Shown here piece by piece: positions 36,966 through 49,109 of a stretch of DNA of 64,000 bases (its first letter is position 1; the number at the start of each line of letters is the position of its first letter). The notes below the pieces were generated by a model that worked only from the letters and a program-made list of their open reading frames with translations, was not told where the DNA came from and did not search any database. Origin of the DNA: Alloascoidea hylecoeti (lineage: Eukaryota); the NCBI GenBank assembly GCA_001600815.1, contig BCKZ01000003.1, positions 810,581 through 874,580 on the forward strand, given 5' to 3'. Position numbers and translations under genes: made by a program.

Positions 36966-38480
36966 TCACAACTTACTCCTATACAAAATTGCATCCAATT
37001 GAGAAGTGTTGACGTATTGTGGGCCCAATTGGCTTATTTCATTCACTCCCAATAATCGCATGGCCGTTTCCACCTCTTCTCGTAAAATCTGAATTGTTCT
37101 GTTAACTCCATCTTCACCGTATCCAGCCAATCCGTACAATGCGGCTCGACCTAACCCAACTTGTTTTGCCCCAAGACATAATGCTTTAACAACATCAGTT
37201 CCTCTCTTGATACCACCATCAATAAATATTTCAATCTTATCAAACACATGAGGGACATATTTTCTAGTCTCCTCCAACACAAGTAATGGTGGTTGAGCAA
37301 AATCAATAGATCTACCACCATGGTTCGATAGAATAACTCCATCAACCAATGGATGGTTGGCGGCTAATTCAACATCCTCATATGTCCCTAAACCTTTTAT
37401 GATTATCTTGACCTTTTTAGGTAATAAACCACGTAACCATTCCAAATCTTTCCATACAAGATTTGGAGATGTTCCTGCGAATAAAGCTTTGCCCAAACCA
37501 CCATCTGCCTTGACTTCCTTATCACCTGCACCAACTGATGTTTCTTCTTCTTCTTCTTCCTCTTCTGCAAACCTTACTTTTTCATCACCTTCTCTTTTAC
37601 CTGGAACGGGCGCATCCAGAGTCAAAACTACAGCCCCCAATCTACCAGTTTGAACAATCTTTCTCAATATCCTTTCACTTTTCTCTCTCTTAATTTGAAC
37701 ATATAATTGGAAAAACCAAACTTGATCATTGTTTCTTGGCTCCGTTTCAACAATTTCATTAAATGACATTGAAGCATTATTACTAATCATCTGAATAATA
37801 CCATTTTTGTAACAAGCATCTGATATTCCCTTTTCACCTGTTGGATGTGCCAATCTAGCCATTGCAGCAGCTGATATATAAAATGGAAGATCTGTTTTAT
37901 ATCCAACAAATGTTGTTGAAGTATCACATTTTTCAACATCTCTGAAAATTCTAGGACGAAATATAACTTTTGAAAATATTTCATTGTTATAATGTTTTGA
38001 TATTTCATCATCGGATCCAGAATTATAGTAAGCCCAGGCCTTTTTTGATAAAATCTTATGTGCTATTTCTTCGAATTCACGAATATTTAGAATATGCTCA
38101 AGTGGTGGTAATTTATATTCTTTAGGTGGAGATGAGGATGAAGATGGGAGTAAATTATCGGCGTTTTTTGTTTTTGTTTTTTTTTTCTTGGTCTTCGGTG
38201 ATTTTCTAGATCCTCTGTTTTGTTGTAATTGTAATTGTTTAGCATTTGTATCTAATTGACCAACAATTGCATTTGGAGGTAATTCTTCTAAAACATCCTT
38301 CGAATGAATAATACTAAAATCTTTAGTAGCATCTTTCCCTGCTAGCTTTAACAGGACTTTAGTACCACCAGGATGTTCGGGTAAAAAACCAGATAAATCA
38401 TAAATTTTATTGTTTATAATTACCCATATGGAATCTTTGTTGTTATGTTTAGCGACTTCCTCGTATGTAAAAGTTTTCAT
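36966..38480 (-). CDS. Flavocytochrome b2-like alpha-hydroxy-acid dehydrogenase (cyt b5 + FMN domain) with PTS1
   Basis: HPGG heme motif, AWAYY, FQLYV, SNHGGR, DGGIKRGTD; begins directly with the cyt b5 domain and ends in SKL. Confidence 0.88.
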   Translation of the reverse strand: MKTFTYEEVAKHNNKDSIWVIINNKIYDLSGFLPEHPGGTKVLLKLAGKDATKDFSIIHSKDVLEELPPNAIVGQLDTNAKQLQLQQNRGSRKSPKTKKKKTKTKNADNLLPSSSSSPPKEYKLPPLEHILNIREFEEIAHKILSKKAWAYYNSGSDDEISKHYNNEIFSKVIFRPRIFRDVEKCDTSTTFVGYKTDLPFYISAAAMARLAHPTGEKGISDACYKNGIIQMISNNASMSFNEIVETEPRNNDQVWFFQLYVQIKREKSERILRKIVQTGRLGAVVLTLDAPVPGKREGDEKVRFAEEEEEEEETSVGAGDKEVKADGGLGKALFAGTSPNLVWKDLEWLRGLLPKKVKIIIKGLGTYEDVELAANHPLVDGVILSNHGGRSIDFAQPPLLVLEETRKYVPHVFDKIEIFIDGGIKRGTDVVKALCLGAKQVGLGRAALYGLAGYGEDGVNRTIQILREEVETAMRLLGVNEISQLGPQYVNTSQLDAILYRSKL

Positions 38481-38937
38481 AATTGAGTACAAGTTACTGG
38501 TAGACTAGCAAGATTCTGAGAAGATATAAATTGAAAAAGAATAAGATGAAATGTAGAATATATTTATCATTATTATCATTATCTCCTACCCAGTGGGATA
38601 AATACCCCCACGCATAAACTACGGCTAAAGTTCCGTCTCCTAAAAAATAATATTTCCGTGCAAAAATGTATGCCAGAACGTGAGAACCACATGATATTTT
38701 CGGTCCTTTCTTACTGGGTCTTTTTGAATCAATCAAATTTATAAGATACTAAAACACAAAAATATTGCGAATGAGAGACTCCCTTAAGATGCGAACTAAG
38801 AATTATAAATTGAACGAATAATTTAGGATAAACACATCACCGTCTGGGCGTAGGGATGTTATCATCATGAAAAATCCCAAATGATTTTAATATCTAACAA
38901 TATTATTAAAAAAAAGATATTTTGAACAATAATCGCC

Positions 38938-39288
38938 ATGTCTTACTTTCAGTTTAACCAGATGAATTATCAGGTTGATCCTGAAAAATTAAAAATGGCT
39001 GAATACCAATTTGATTCAATAGCAAAAACATTTGATACGTATGTATAATATTTCATTGACATATCAGATTCAAATTATTAACTTATACATTATAGTATGT
39101 TAAATGTTTGTCGAACGAAATGTATACCTGGTGTTTATTATGAAGCTGACTTACATAAAGGTGAATCTGTTTGTATTGATAGATGTGTCACGAAATTTAT
39201 GTCTGCAAATGTTATTGTTGGTGAATTAATGAAAGAAAAAAGATTTGCTCCAGAGGACCTTCCAGCATATAAGTATACGAAAACATGA
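38938..39288 (+). CDS. TIM12: Small Tim chaperone Tim12 (Tim10 family), 2 exons
   Basis: VDPEKLKMAEYQFD; twin CX3C (CRTKC, CIDRC); GTATGT intron ~39039-39095. Confidence 0.75.
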
Positions 39289-39531
39289 TTCTTGAGTTTT
39301 ACCTGAAAATGTAACAAAAAATGGAATGAGAAATCTATCTATACTCTATGAAGCTTAGTGGTAACATTACAGACAAAGATATAAATTGTATATAAATGCT
39401 TTTTCTTTTAAATATTAAGCACTTGACATGTAATGAACTTTTTTTAAAATTAAATTAGATGAGCAGTAATATTGTTTATTTATTCTACAAAAAAGAAGAA
39501 ATACAAAACAAAAAGTCAAGCACAGATATGC

Positions 39532-41298
39532 TTACCATGTCTCCTGAATATATCTATGTTTGTTTTCCATCTCGATTAAATATTGATTTGTCTTTTCATC
39601 ATTCCATTCTTGAGTTTCCTTTAAAATAGTCTGTAGTGTTATTCGAACTTGTTTTGGCATAGCTCCAGATGATCCACAAATATAAATGACTGCTTCTTTA
39701 TTAACAATTAGATCTGCAATGCTTAATTCTTCTGCTCGATTATATAGTTGACCTTGAACATATCCACCACCTTCTCGTGAAAATGCTGCAATTAATTTTA
39801 GTTTATGTTGTTCTACCAATTCTTTCCACTCATCTTTAAATAGAAAATCTTTTTCTTTAAATCTACAGCCAAAAAACAGTATTTTATTTGATTCATTTGT
39901 GGTTATTGAGTTGGAGGATTCAGATATAGTTTTAATTAGACTTCTTATAGGAGCTACTCCAGTTCCAGGGGCAATCATAATTAGTGGTACATTTTTTTTA
40001 TCTTTAATTTTTAATGGTGATTTGATTAATTTAAATGGTATTCGATCTCCTTCGTTTAAAGTTGTAATCCATTTGGTACAAGCACCCCTTCGTATTTTTT
40101 TAATAACAGTTCTATATTGTACAATAGCTATGCATAATTCCACTTTAAAAGGATCAGGAGATGATGCAATCGAAAATAACCGAGGTTTTAATATTGGAAT
40201 CAAATCAAACAAGTATTCTACTGGTATCTTCGCAGAGAAAAATTCGGTAATAACTTCTAGAATTGATCTTCTTGGTCTATTACAATAATCATATAAATCC
40301 TCACTTCCTTCCATAGTTGATAATTCCTTTAATTTTTCTCGTTCCCTTTCATCTTTTGCAAAATGCCAAAACAATGAGAAGAATGATCTTCTTGGGATAG
40401 AATAAATATCTAAATGATGTGTAATAAAGGATCGTAATGTCAATGGTTTAATTAAACCTCCTTCTATAGAGGGTAATTTACCTTCAATTACTATTTGTCT
40501 ATCAGCGATATCATCCCAACCTTGACTGCTTATTAAAAATTGAACTTCTTTTGGATCATTTGATGGCATTAATGCAATAGTATCACCAGGTTCATAATCT
40601 AAAGTATCTTCACTTTCCAAAATTAGGTGTCTAACATCTTGGAAATGATTATCAGCTGTTATTCTTTTGTTTTCTTTGATACTTGCTATATTAGCTGTTG
40701 GTCTTGAAATTGATATCTTCTTAATATTATGTTCGGTATCCCGTTTTAATTTGTTTAAATTAACAATGACAGGATTCTTCGGTAGCATCAATTCATCATC
40801 AGATATTGGTTCAATACCATCAGGTAATGGCCAAAGAGAGGATAAACTAGCCAAAACTAATTGTTCCCATTGTGTATAATGACCATCGATACCTTCAGGA
40901 CTTTGCTCATCACCTTCCCCTCTTCCACAAAATTGCTTAGCACCCAATTGTAGTAATCTTTTATGAAATTTTCTAATTGCCCAATTATATTTAGGATAAG
41001 AAGAATCACCTAAACCAAAAGTTGTAAATTTTAAATTTGATAATAAATCATTAGGTAATTTTTTTCTTAACATAAATTTCCAAAATTTTCTACCATTTCT
41101 TGGGAAATCACCTTGACCAGTAGTTGAAATTAAAAAAAATATTAAAGTATCTGATATTATATTTTTTAAATCATAATCATCTAATGATGAAACTTCCACT
41201 TGAAATCTTTGTTGTTCACATTTTTTACTTAATGTATAAGCATAATCTTGTGAATTACCAGTCTCTGAAGCATATAAGATCACAAGTTGTCTAGACAT
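39532..41298 (-). CDS. TAH18: NADPH-dependent diflavin oxidoreductase Tah18/NDOR1
   Basis: LYASETGNS, STTGQG, FGLGDSSY, PRLFSIAS, GTGVAP, terminal YIQETW. Confidence 0.92.
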   Translation of the reverse strand: MSRQLVILYASETGNSQDYAYTLSKKCEQQRFQVEVSSLDDYDLKNIISDTLIFFLISTTGQGDFPRNGRKFWKFMLRKKLPNDLLSNLKFTTFGLGDSSYPKYNWAIRKFHKRLLQLGAKQFCGRGEGDEQSPEGIDGHYTQWEQLVLASLSSLWPLPDGIEPISDDELMLPKNPVIVNLNKLKRDTEHNIKKISISRPTANIASIKENKRITADNHFQDVRHLILESEDTLDYEPGDTIALMPSNDPKEVQFLISSQGWDDIADRQIVIEGKLPSIEGGLIKPLTLRSFITHHLDIYSIPRRSFFSLFWHFAKDEREREKLKELSTMEGSEDLYDYCNRPRRSILEVITEFFSAKIPVEYLFDLIPILKPRLFSIASSPDPFKVELCIAIVQYRTVIKKIRRGACTKWITTLNEGDRIPFKLIKSPLKIKDKKNVPLIMIAPGTGVAPIRSLIKTISESSNSITTNESNKILFFGCRFKEKDFLFKDEWKELVEQHKLKLIAAFSREGGGYVQGQLYNRAEELSIADLIVNKEAVIYICGSSGAMPKQVRITLQTILKETQEWNDEKTNQYLIEMENKHRYIQETW

Positions 41299-42304
41299 AT
41301 CTAAATCAGCTCTAAAGTACAGGAAACTTGGAATATGGTGTACAATGATATGAAAAGGAAAAAAAGAGGAACAAAAATCAATAATCAATAATAACTTGGA
41401 AATTATATACCAGATTTAATCAGATAAAATATTTATAGGGAAAGTTACAGTATTTACCCGGAAATTGAAACTTTATTACCTTATATAGTGATTTGATGCT
41501 GAATAATTCTGTCACCTCATAGGCTTAAATTGTTCCTTATGTAGAATAAATATTTCCTAGCAGTTCCAAACAATGCTTTGGACTTAACTAAATGAAATTA
41601 ATTACAAAAATACATACTTTTGATAAAAGAAGTTTGTATTTGAATTCAATAGGTATTAGTATTACATTATTATAGAAATAGTCAGTTTAACCATATAATC
41701 ACGGAATAAAGTGACAAATGCAAGGGTGTAATATTAAGGACATTTGAAACCAGTGACGCCAAAAAGCCGTACGACCTCTAGATCTTGTCGGCTGTTGAAG
41801 ACTTGGTGAAGACTCTGAAGAGGGCACAATCAACATATATCCTTACAGGCGAGAAAGTACCACATTTTCGGTTATTTAGTAGGCTATCATTAGTTGTGTT
41901 CTCGGGAGTGTCTTTTGGCACAATGAACTGGTATCATGGCCCGGTAATTCTTTCCAATCATATCAGTAAGTCAGAAAGTAACCAACTGTTTGGTACCTAT
42001 AGGGGAATTGCTACGTATACATGTACCCGGGTCCCAAAACCCCGGAAGACCTGCGCATATATGCACCCTGGTTTGCATATATTTCCTATTGTGTTGCATA
42101 TGATGCGGCTGTGCATATTTTGAACTATATTCAGCTTATTATTGGTTTGCATTGCTAATTCGAATACTACCTTCAAAAAGAGAGGTTACTATAAAACTAA
42201 GGTTGCTACCCATTTACTTTTGTGCTACCGAAATTAAGTTAAATAAAAGTAGTATTTATTCTGATTTTTCGATTTCAATTAACTATAAAAGTAAAATACA
42301 AATA

Positions 42305-42535
42305 TGATATCCACAGAGTTACACAATACTCATACCTCCTTTATACCAAACGGTAAACACTATAACATAGTAGGACATTGCAATTATATATACAGTGCTT
42401 TTAATATCGACTACTTGTTGACCTATATATAGGCACTCAGTTGTGAAGCTATTCGCATAAATGATTTAATAGTATTCGAGCTTCTCACTTAAGTTCGGCC
42501 ATCTTGCTCTTAATATTCGGCCCCCTTTACCAACA
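42305..42535 (-). mobile_element. Putative solo LTR (231 bp)
   Basis: Minus strand TGTTGG...GATATCA termini; flanks AAATA / AAATG (4 of 5 matching, TSD-like); internal TATATA; lies next to a copia remnant. Confidence 0.6.
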
Positions 42536-42782
42536 AAATGATATGGTCAAAACTGGTTTTTCAAAAAGTTGAAAGTTATTATGAGCTGAACTCCCAAGTA
42601 ACGATAGCTTGCTTCGTATCGTCACTGTGCTTATTCTATAATTATTTCAACGTTCTAAAACTCCCTCGCTAAATTCTCGGGGGGATCATATAGATATACA
42701 AAATAAGTTTAACAATGATAAAAGTATAAATTCCCAACTATCCTAATATATCCTAATACTCCTTATCAATTAATAACTGAAT

Positions 42783-43409
42783 CACCCCTTAAAATCAGTA
42801 TTGTTTATTAATAGAGTCATGATCAATTATTAATGACTTATTATATTGGAAAATATTTTTATTAACTGATTTCGTCATGAAATCAGCTCCATTTTCCTCA
42901 CTGCAAACTCTTCTAATATTTTCAATATTGTTATTTCTAAATCTTTTTCTCAACAATTTAATAGTAATATCTGTTGTCTTTTTCTTACACTTATATCTGG
43001 GATTTAATATCCAAGATATTACATTCTCATTGTCTTCCAAATATGTGATTTTGATATCACCATATAACAAATTTATTGGCAGCATGTCATCTACCAAAAA
43101 GGTTGCTTTATCAATAGCAAATAACTTACTCATGCTTGAGCTTCGTGCAATAATAGTCTGCTTGCTCGATAACCACCAATTGCACAAATTCCTATTTACC
43201 AAACAAATTATGCCTGTCATAGACTTTCGTGAATTCACATCAGCAGCATGGTCAGCATCCATGAAAATACTTACCATTGCTTTTTCATTCATATATCTTT
43301 TTCTTTTCTTAATAATTATACCTTCATCACACGTGTTCAACAAATAACGGCCAATTTGTAACAAGCAATAAATATTGATTACCAGTTTTACTTTTCTTAA
43401 AATGACCAT
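42783..43409 (-). mobile_element. Ty1/copia retrotransposon remnant (RNase H end of pol)
   Basis: FMDADHAADVNSRKSMTG..SSKQTIIARSS..EDN..CSEENGADFMTK, followed by purine tract AAGGGG after the stop. Confidence 0.85.
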
Positions 43410-43531
43410 AAAAATCTATACGTGGGTTTCTCAATACTAGCTTCTCTCCTAGCTTCTCCAAGTGTGCAAGCGATACAATCTTTATCACTTTCATTTAATG
43501 CATTATTTTCTTCTTTTGATAAGTGAAGATA

Positions 43532-43570
43532 AAGATGGTGGAACTTAAATGAGAAGCTCAGATACTATTA
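43532..43570 (+). repeat. Degenerate LTR fragment; inverted copy of 42467-42505
   Basis: 34/39 identities to the reverse complement of 42467-42505, by manual alignment. Confidence 0.7.
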
Positions 43571-43981
43571 CAAAATGTGTTCGAATTACTAATTTAAACT
43601 GTGGGCGAATATCCTCTCAAGAAGGTAAATATAAACCTAAACAAGCGATCTTAACAGATTTTGAATGTTAATGCATGCAAGCAATCTAGCGTGGTAATTA
43701 GTCTAATCTTGGATGCATACCGTGCCGAGTGACCGGAAAAATTGCCCGGGTAATGTAGCAATTCCCACCGCTATAGGTTTAATATAATTCATCAGAACTC
43801 AACGCAGATTAAATAAATAGAAATTTTCGCTGATATTAATTAAAAAAGAGTATAGATACGGTTATAATTTAAATCGATTAATTTAATGCACCATATATCT
43901 ATAAGTTATACTTTATCTTTTATATGGTTAAGATACTTATTTACAAGAGGCTGTATCAAAATCGACTATCTACACATCTCC

Positions 43982-45445
43982 TCAGCGCAATTCAATATCA
44001 TAAAGTTCAGTTAATTGCTTCCTAACAATTTCTTGTAGTACATTAATTTCATCATTTGTCAAATTTCGTTCCATAGATCTATAGGATATTCTATAGCATT
44101 GACTTTTTCTTCCAGTCTTTGGATTTATAAATTCATCATGAAGAGAAACGGTTTCTACCATATCTCCAGCTGTATTTCTAACCAATTCCATTAAATCGTT
44201 TTCATGTAATACATTTTCTGTACTCTTAGGTAGCCAAAATGAAACGTCACGAATTGTATTTGGATATTTTGAAAATGATTTGAAATTTGTAACTTCACCT
44301 GCTTTAAATTGAGAACCAAAACGATCATCTTTAGACCAGAATAACCTTATATCAGGAATACCAAATAATACCATGGCAAGTCGATCCAATCCTATACCTA
44401 AAGCCCAGGAAATATAATCCGAAACTCCGGACCCGTCAAGAACTTGCTGCTGAACAAGGCCACACCCACAACATTCTAACCAATCTCCTTTCCACCAAAC
44501 TTCAATCTCCCAACTTGGGGCTGTCCAAGGAAAATAAGCTTCAATCCATCTTATTTTCAATGGTTTGAAAAGATCAGGATCTGTACTACCTGCTTTTATG
44601 GCGGCTTGTTTGGCAAGATTGAAAATATCGTTAACCATCAATTCAATAGTACGTTTTAAATGTTGACTAACTACTTCCACTTCTTCATTAGACATGTGTG
44701 ATTGTTTAGGGTTTGTTTCGGGATTATAAGGAGGATCTTCAACAATAAGATCAGTTTTAGCGATTTTTTTAATATCATTGGCGATTACATTTATAAGATT
44801 ATCACCATGTTCTTTTCTTGACCATGATCTAGCACCTTCCAATTGATGAAATCCTGGATAATGAGTTCTATCAATAGCATCCCGACGATATACATCAGCC
44901 ACAATAAAGTACCCAGGGGTTTTACATTTTTGAAAACATTCATGTTCATGAGCAGAAGTATGGGTTCGTAACAAAGTATCATGGTTAACATAATAAGTAT
45001 CTGTCTTGCTACGACCTGGATGATCTTCTGGAAATCCCAAGACATCAAAGTTTTCATACTTAGAAACTACTGGTTCAAAATCATTATAAAATGTGTATTC
45101 AGGTCCAGCGAATCTGTGCTCAATTAAGGATTTTATAATCCCAATTGGATGATCTGGGTTCTTGTGAAGCTTTCTCTCCGTCAATCCAATAATTGTAGGT
45201 GTAACATTGGTCCATTCATCAGTTGGATACTCTTTATCCAAAATTTTAACAGTTTTATCTACAAAATAGTGTTAGAAAAAGGTGATGAAAGGTTTATATT
45301 GATTTAGAAATGGCTTCAAATTCATACTCTTAGTGGCAATGAATCTCCGGTGATAAGCGATTATTGACGAGGTCTTCAACAAAGGGGAGCATTTCGGTAA
45401 TACCCTCGGAAGAGTTGTGTTCAATCTTGAAAGCGTTCTTAGCAT
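43982..45445 (-). CDS. MSF1: Mitochondrial phenylalanyl-tRNA synthetase, 2 exons
   Basis: HPGRSKTDTYY, LLRTHTSAH, YRRDAIDRTHYPGFHQ, YFPWTAPSWE, FDX-ACB C-terminus; presequence exon from ATG 45445; intron ~45327-45259. Confidence 0.92.
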
Positions 45446-46015
45446 TATTTTATACTAATGTAGTACATGTAGGAAGAAAAAAGTAGAAATATTTCCGGGT
45501 AATTATCCAACATAATTGACAAAATGCAATGTATTCGATGATCTCGATTTATCGGTTTTTATATGATTATCTAAAACTGACATTCACCAAAACAGCATTA
45601 TAAATAGAAATAGACATATAAAATAAATAAAACAAACTTAAGTATATAATATTACCTAGTAGTTGATTATTATAGTTAATTATATCGAAAATGAAAACAA
45701 GTATATGAACAAGAATGAAAATTTTCAAGAAGAGATATGATTAATCATCTTGTAGTTAATGAAAGGAGATATATAAATGAAGATATGTTAATGTGATATG
45801 AACCTTTAGCTTCAAATTTATAATGAAGACCAACCTGAAAAAAAAAACGTAAATTTTCTACATAAAATAACAATTTAGAATCTCTATTTTCTATTTTAGA
45901 TTTTCCTTCTTTTTTTTGTCCGTGTGCTTTCTTTTAAATCAACTGTATTGTCCATTTAAATTTTTTCGATTATCTTACTCAAGCCTTAAAACTTGCACTT
46001 GAATCATAAGATATT

Positions 46016-47506
46016 TCAACTTCTTACTGTTAATCCTACACCACCTCTTTCAAATAAAGCTGAGATACTTTCACCATGGTGATCTCTTCTAATACATTCC
46101 GCAAAAATATAACTAACATCAATAACAATTAACTTTTCACAAAGATTTGTAGCTTCATTTGATATTGGATAGGTATTTGTAACAATTATCCTATCAATAT
46201 ATTCACAATCATTTAATCTTTCCAAATATTGTTTCGTGAAAACTCCATGTGTTGCAATTATTGTAACTGATGAAGCCCCACAAATCAATTTACAGTGCTC
46301 TGCTGCTGAGATAAATGAGCCTGGTTTATTGATAATGTCATCAAGAATTATAACAGGTTTATTTTTAACATTCCCCACTAATGTAATTAGTTTTTGTGAA
46401 TGTTGTCTCTTTTTGGTTTTATGTAACGGTGTACTATTAATACTCGTAGTATTATTGTCATCTCCAATTACAATCGTTGAAAATGATTCTTTTAAACCAG
46501 TTTCATCTTCATCTTCATCGTCTTCATCATCAGACCCAGCAGCATCACCGGTCCCGCCTAATGGAAATCCATGCATATGCCCAGCACCTGTGTTCATAAC
46601 ATTATCGATCATTGTGTTTGTTTGATCATTTTCATCGTATTCTTCATCTTCAGAAACTTCAGGACTTGGGAAGGAATCTTCAACAACATGACCTTTTATA
46701 ATTCTTGCAGTTTTAAAATCATTCATAAAACTATTATCTTCATCATCATCATCAAATTCGAGATTAATATTTTCTCGGTGATGAGAAGATGAACGACGAC
46801 GGGCAGCGGTTTTAAGTGTTCTTAAACTCTTTGTAGCTGCTATTTTCTCCAATTCAATAGCAAATTCGTTTACTTTAACTTCTTTATGATTATTATCCGT
46901 ACCAGTTCTTCTTTTATCAGTATGAATCATGGCAAAATTAGCACCTAATGAATCTGCCAAAGCAGTTACTCTTTTGGTTCCACCCGGATTCTTACTAACA
47001 ATGACACCTTCACCATTATCAAAGCCTTCTAAATTATTCCTAATCCACTCACCTAATGTTGGACCAGGGTATAAATTATCAACAGGACAATGAAAGAAGC
47101 CTTGCATTTGAGAAGCATGCAAATCCATTGATATTATGTGGTTTGCACCAGCCATAATTAGTAGATTGGCTAGTAGACGAGCCGAAATTGCACCTCGATG
47201 TTTCTTCATTTTTGATTGCTTTGAATAAGGGAAATGAGGTATAACAGCAGTAATCTTTGCGGCAGAACCACTTTTAAAAGCCGAAATCAAAATCAGCAAT
47301 TCCATTATATGATTATTAACATCTGAAGATGACGATTGTATGACATAAACATCTTCATCACGTACCGATACTCCAAGTTGAACTGAAGTTTCACCATTTG
47401 AAAATGTCTTTAAAGTACATGGTGATGGGCTAATACCAAGATTTTGACAAATTTGATTTCCTAATTCTGGATGGGATGATCCAACAAAAACTTTACATTT
47501 CCTCAT
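46016..47506 (-). CDS. PRS1: Ribose-phosphate pyrophosphokinase Prs1 with acidic non-homologous insertion
   Basis: MRKCKVFVGSSHPELG, FSNGETSV, MDLHASQMQGFF, VSKNPGGTKRV; an upstream in-frame ATG exists at 47602. Confidence 0.9.
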   Translation of the reverse strand: MRKCKVFVGSSHPELGNQICQNLGISPSPCTLKTFSNGETSVQLGVSVRDEDVYVIQSSSSDVNNHIMELLILISAFKSGSAAKITAVIPHFPYSKQSKMKKHRGAISARLLANLLIMAGANHIISMDLHASQMQGFFHCPVDNLYPGPTLGEWIRNNLEGFDNGEGVIVSKNPGGTKRVTALADSLGANFAMIHTDKRRTGTDNNHKEVKVNEFAIELEKIAATKSLRTLKTAARRRSSSHHRENINLEFDDDDEDNSFMNDFKTARIIKGHVVEDSFPSPEVSEDEEYDENDQTNTMIDNVMNTGAGHMHGFPLGGTGDAAGSDDEDDEDEDETGLKESFSTIVIGDDNNTTSINSTPLHKTKKRQHSQKLITLVGNVKNKPVIILDDIINKPGSFISAAEHCKLICGASSVTIIATHGVFTKQYLERLNDCEYIDRIIVTNTYPISNEATNLCEKLIVIDVSYIFAECIRRDHHGESISALFERGGVGLTVRS

Positions 47507-48559
47507 GTTTCTTTCAGTTATTGGACCTGGAATAGAAGTCAAAAATTTAGATAGTGAGAAACTATTAAAATCAAAGTCAAAATTATTTTTGGACGAAAAC
47601 ATGTCATAAAAATCATAAAAATTTAAACTTTAATTTTGGTTTGATTGGTCATAAAATATCCTTGGTCTTTGTGTATTGCGTGCCTTTTGATCTTGACTTC
47701 TGATGGGGGTTTTTTCTTTTAGGGTTGAAGGACTATTGATCAATTTGAATATATTGATAAATAGAAATACCGCTGCGGATCATTATCTATCGCCGGTCGT
47801 TATAATCAGTTTGGTACAAATTTACTTCTCCACAAGTGGATCGTGCACTATTATTATTATAATATCTATTTTCTATGCATCACGTGTTATGGTAGTTGCC
47901 AATTTTGCTCGTATGAATGTTTCTGACACTTGCTCCTAATTAGGTAATTTGGGGGTGGGGTGGTTTATTTTATCTGAACGATTCTATGGAACTTCACATG
48001 AAAAGCTCTGCAATAATTGTGAAGAGAGCAAGAGAACCTTGATCTGAATATCTAAGAATATAATAAACATTGATTTTTTTAAAATACGATTTATACCTAT
48101 GCATGATAAAACTAGTCAGAACAAAGTTACGATCATGTTATTTTAGTGTTTCCACTTAATTTAGGCCATTTTATCTTAATTTCTTTTTTTGTTTGTGCAT
48201 TTAAGGCATCAAGATAACAAACAGGTGTATCATTAATTAATAAGATTCATTATACAAAACTATACTTCTCAATTACACAATTGAAATAAAGAGAAAATAA
48301 GACAAAAGTACCTGATCTAATTAACTTTGTAAAAGCACAAAAGGAACAATACCAAAATGCATTTACAGGGTTAGTGTAGTGTTATTCAAATTTAATGATC
48401 CTACAGTCCATAATTGATGAAGGTACACAATAATCTTTAAAATCAACTATATATAAGGATGATGCGATCAGTCGAGAAAATTTTAATCTTACGATTGTAT
48501 ATACAGAGCTACCTCATATGTCATAGTCTATTTATAGGTTAAAATTCTAACTTTCTAGT

Positions 48560-48930
48560 ATCATTTCCTTTTTATCAATATTAGACTTCGATGTAGAAGC
48601 TGCTAAACCCATCTCACCTTAACCATGCACTATATTGCTGTTGTGGTGGAGTAGATATTTTTTTTGACTTTCTTGACAATCCCCTCTTTTAAAGATCAGA
48701 CTGTTTTCCATCAATAAATTCCAAAAGTAAAAATAATCCTCCTCCCACATTCTTATCATCAAAGTTAAGTAGTTCACAATATCCGACTCCAGATATATTA
48801 GGAACAACATTTTAATATTTGTCTTTCCCTCCAAAAGTCAAGTTGTCCTTATGCAACAAAATGTTTCCCACGCCATTGCACTTATAAGCGATCGTTCCAA
48901 CTGTTGTGGAATAGCCATCATCGTGGAAAA
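48560..48930 (-). pseudogene. Possible protein-kinase-like gene remnant
   Basis: VVPNISGVGY...LFLLLEFIDG in one frame, LHHNSNIVHG* in another; stops and frameshifts. Confidence 0.35.
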
Positions 48931-49109
48931 CTACAGTACGTATCAAATTTAAACTTAACTATGTAACATAAGAAAGCCAAACTTTGATCAATTACAAAGA
49001 TTTACAATTATTATTTACAGAGATATAAATCTATATAAAAGCTTAACTATATGCTTATGATCTGCTGAATCCGCTTTTAATGTTAGTTTTTCTTCAGGGT
49101 GAATTTATA

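Noticed and set aside
47507..47602. 32-aa N-terminal extension of Prs1
   Set aside because: Homology starts at MRKCK; the upstream in-frame ATG cannot be supported as the real start.
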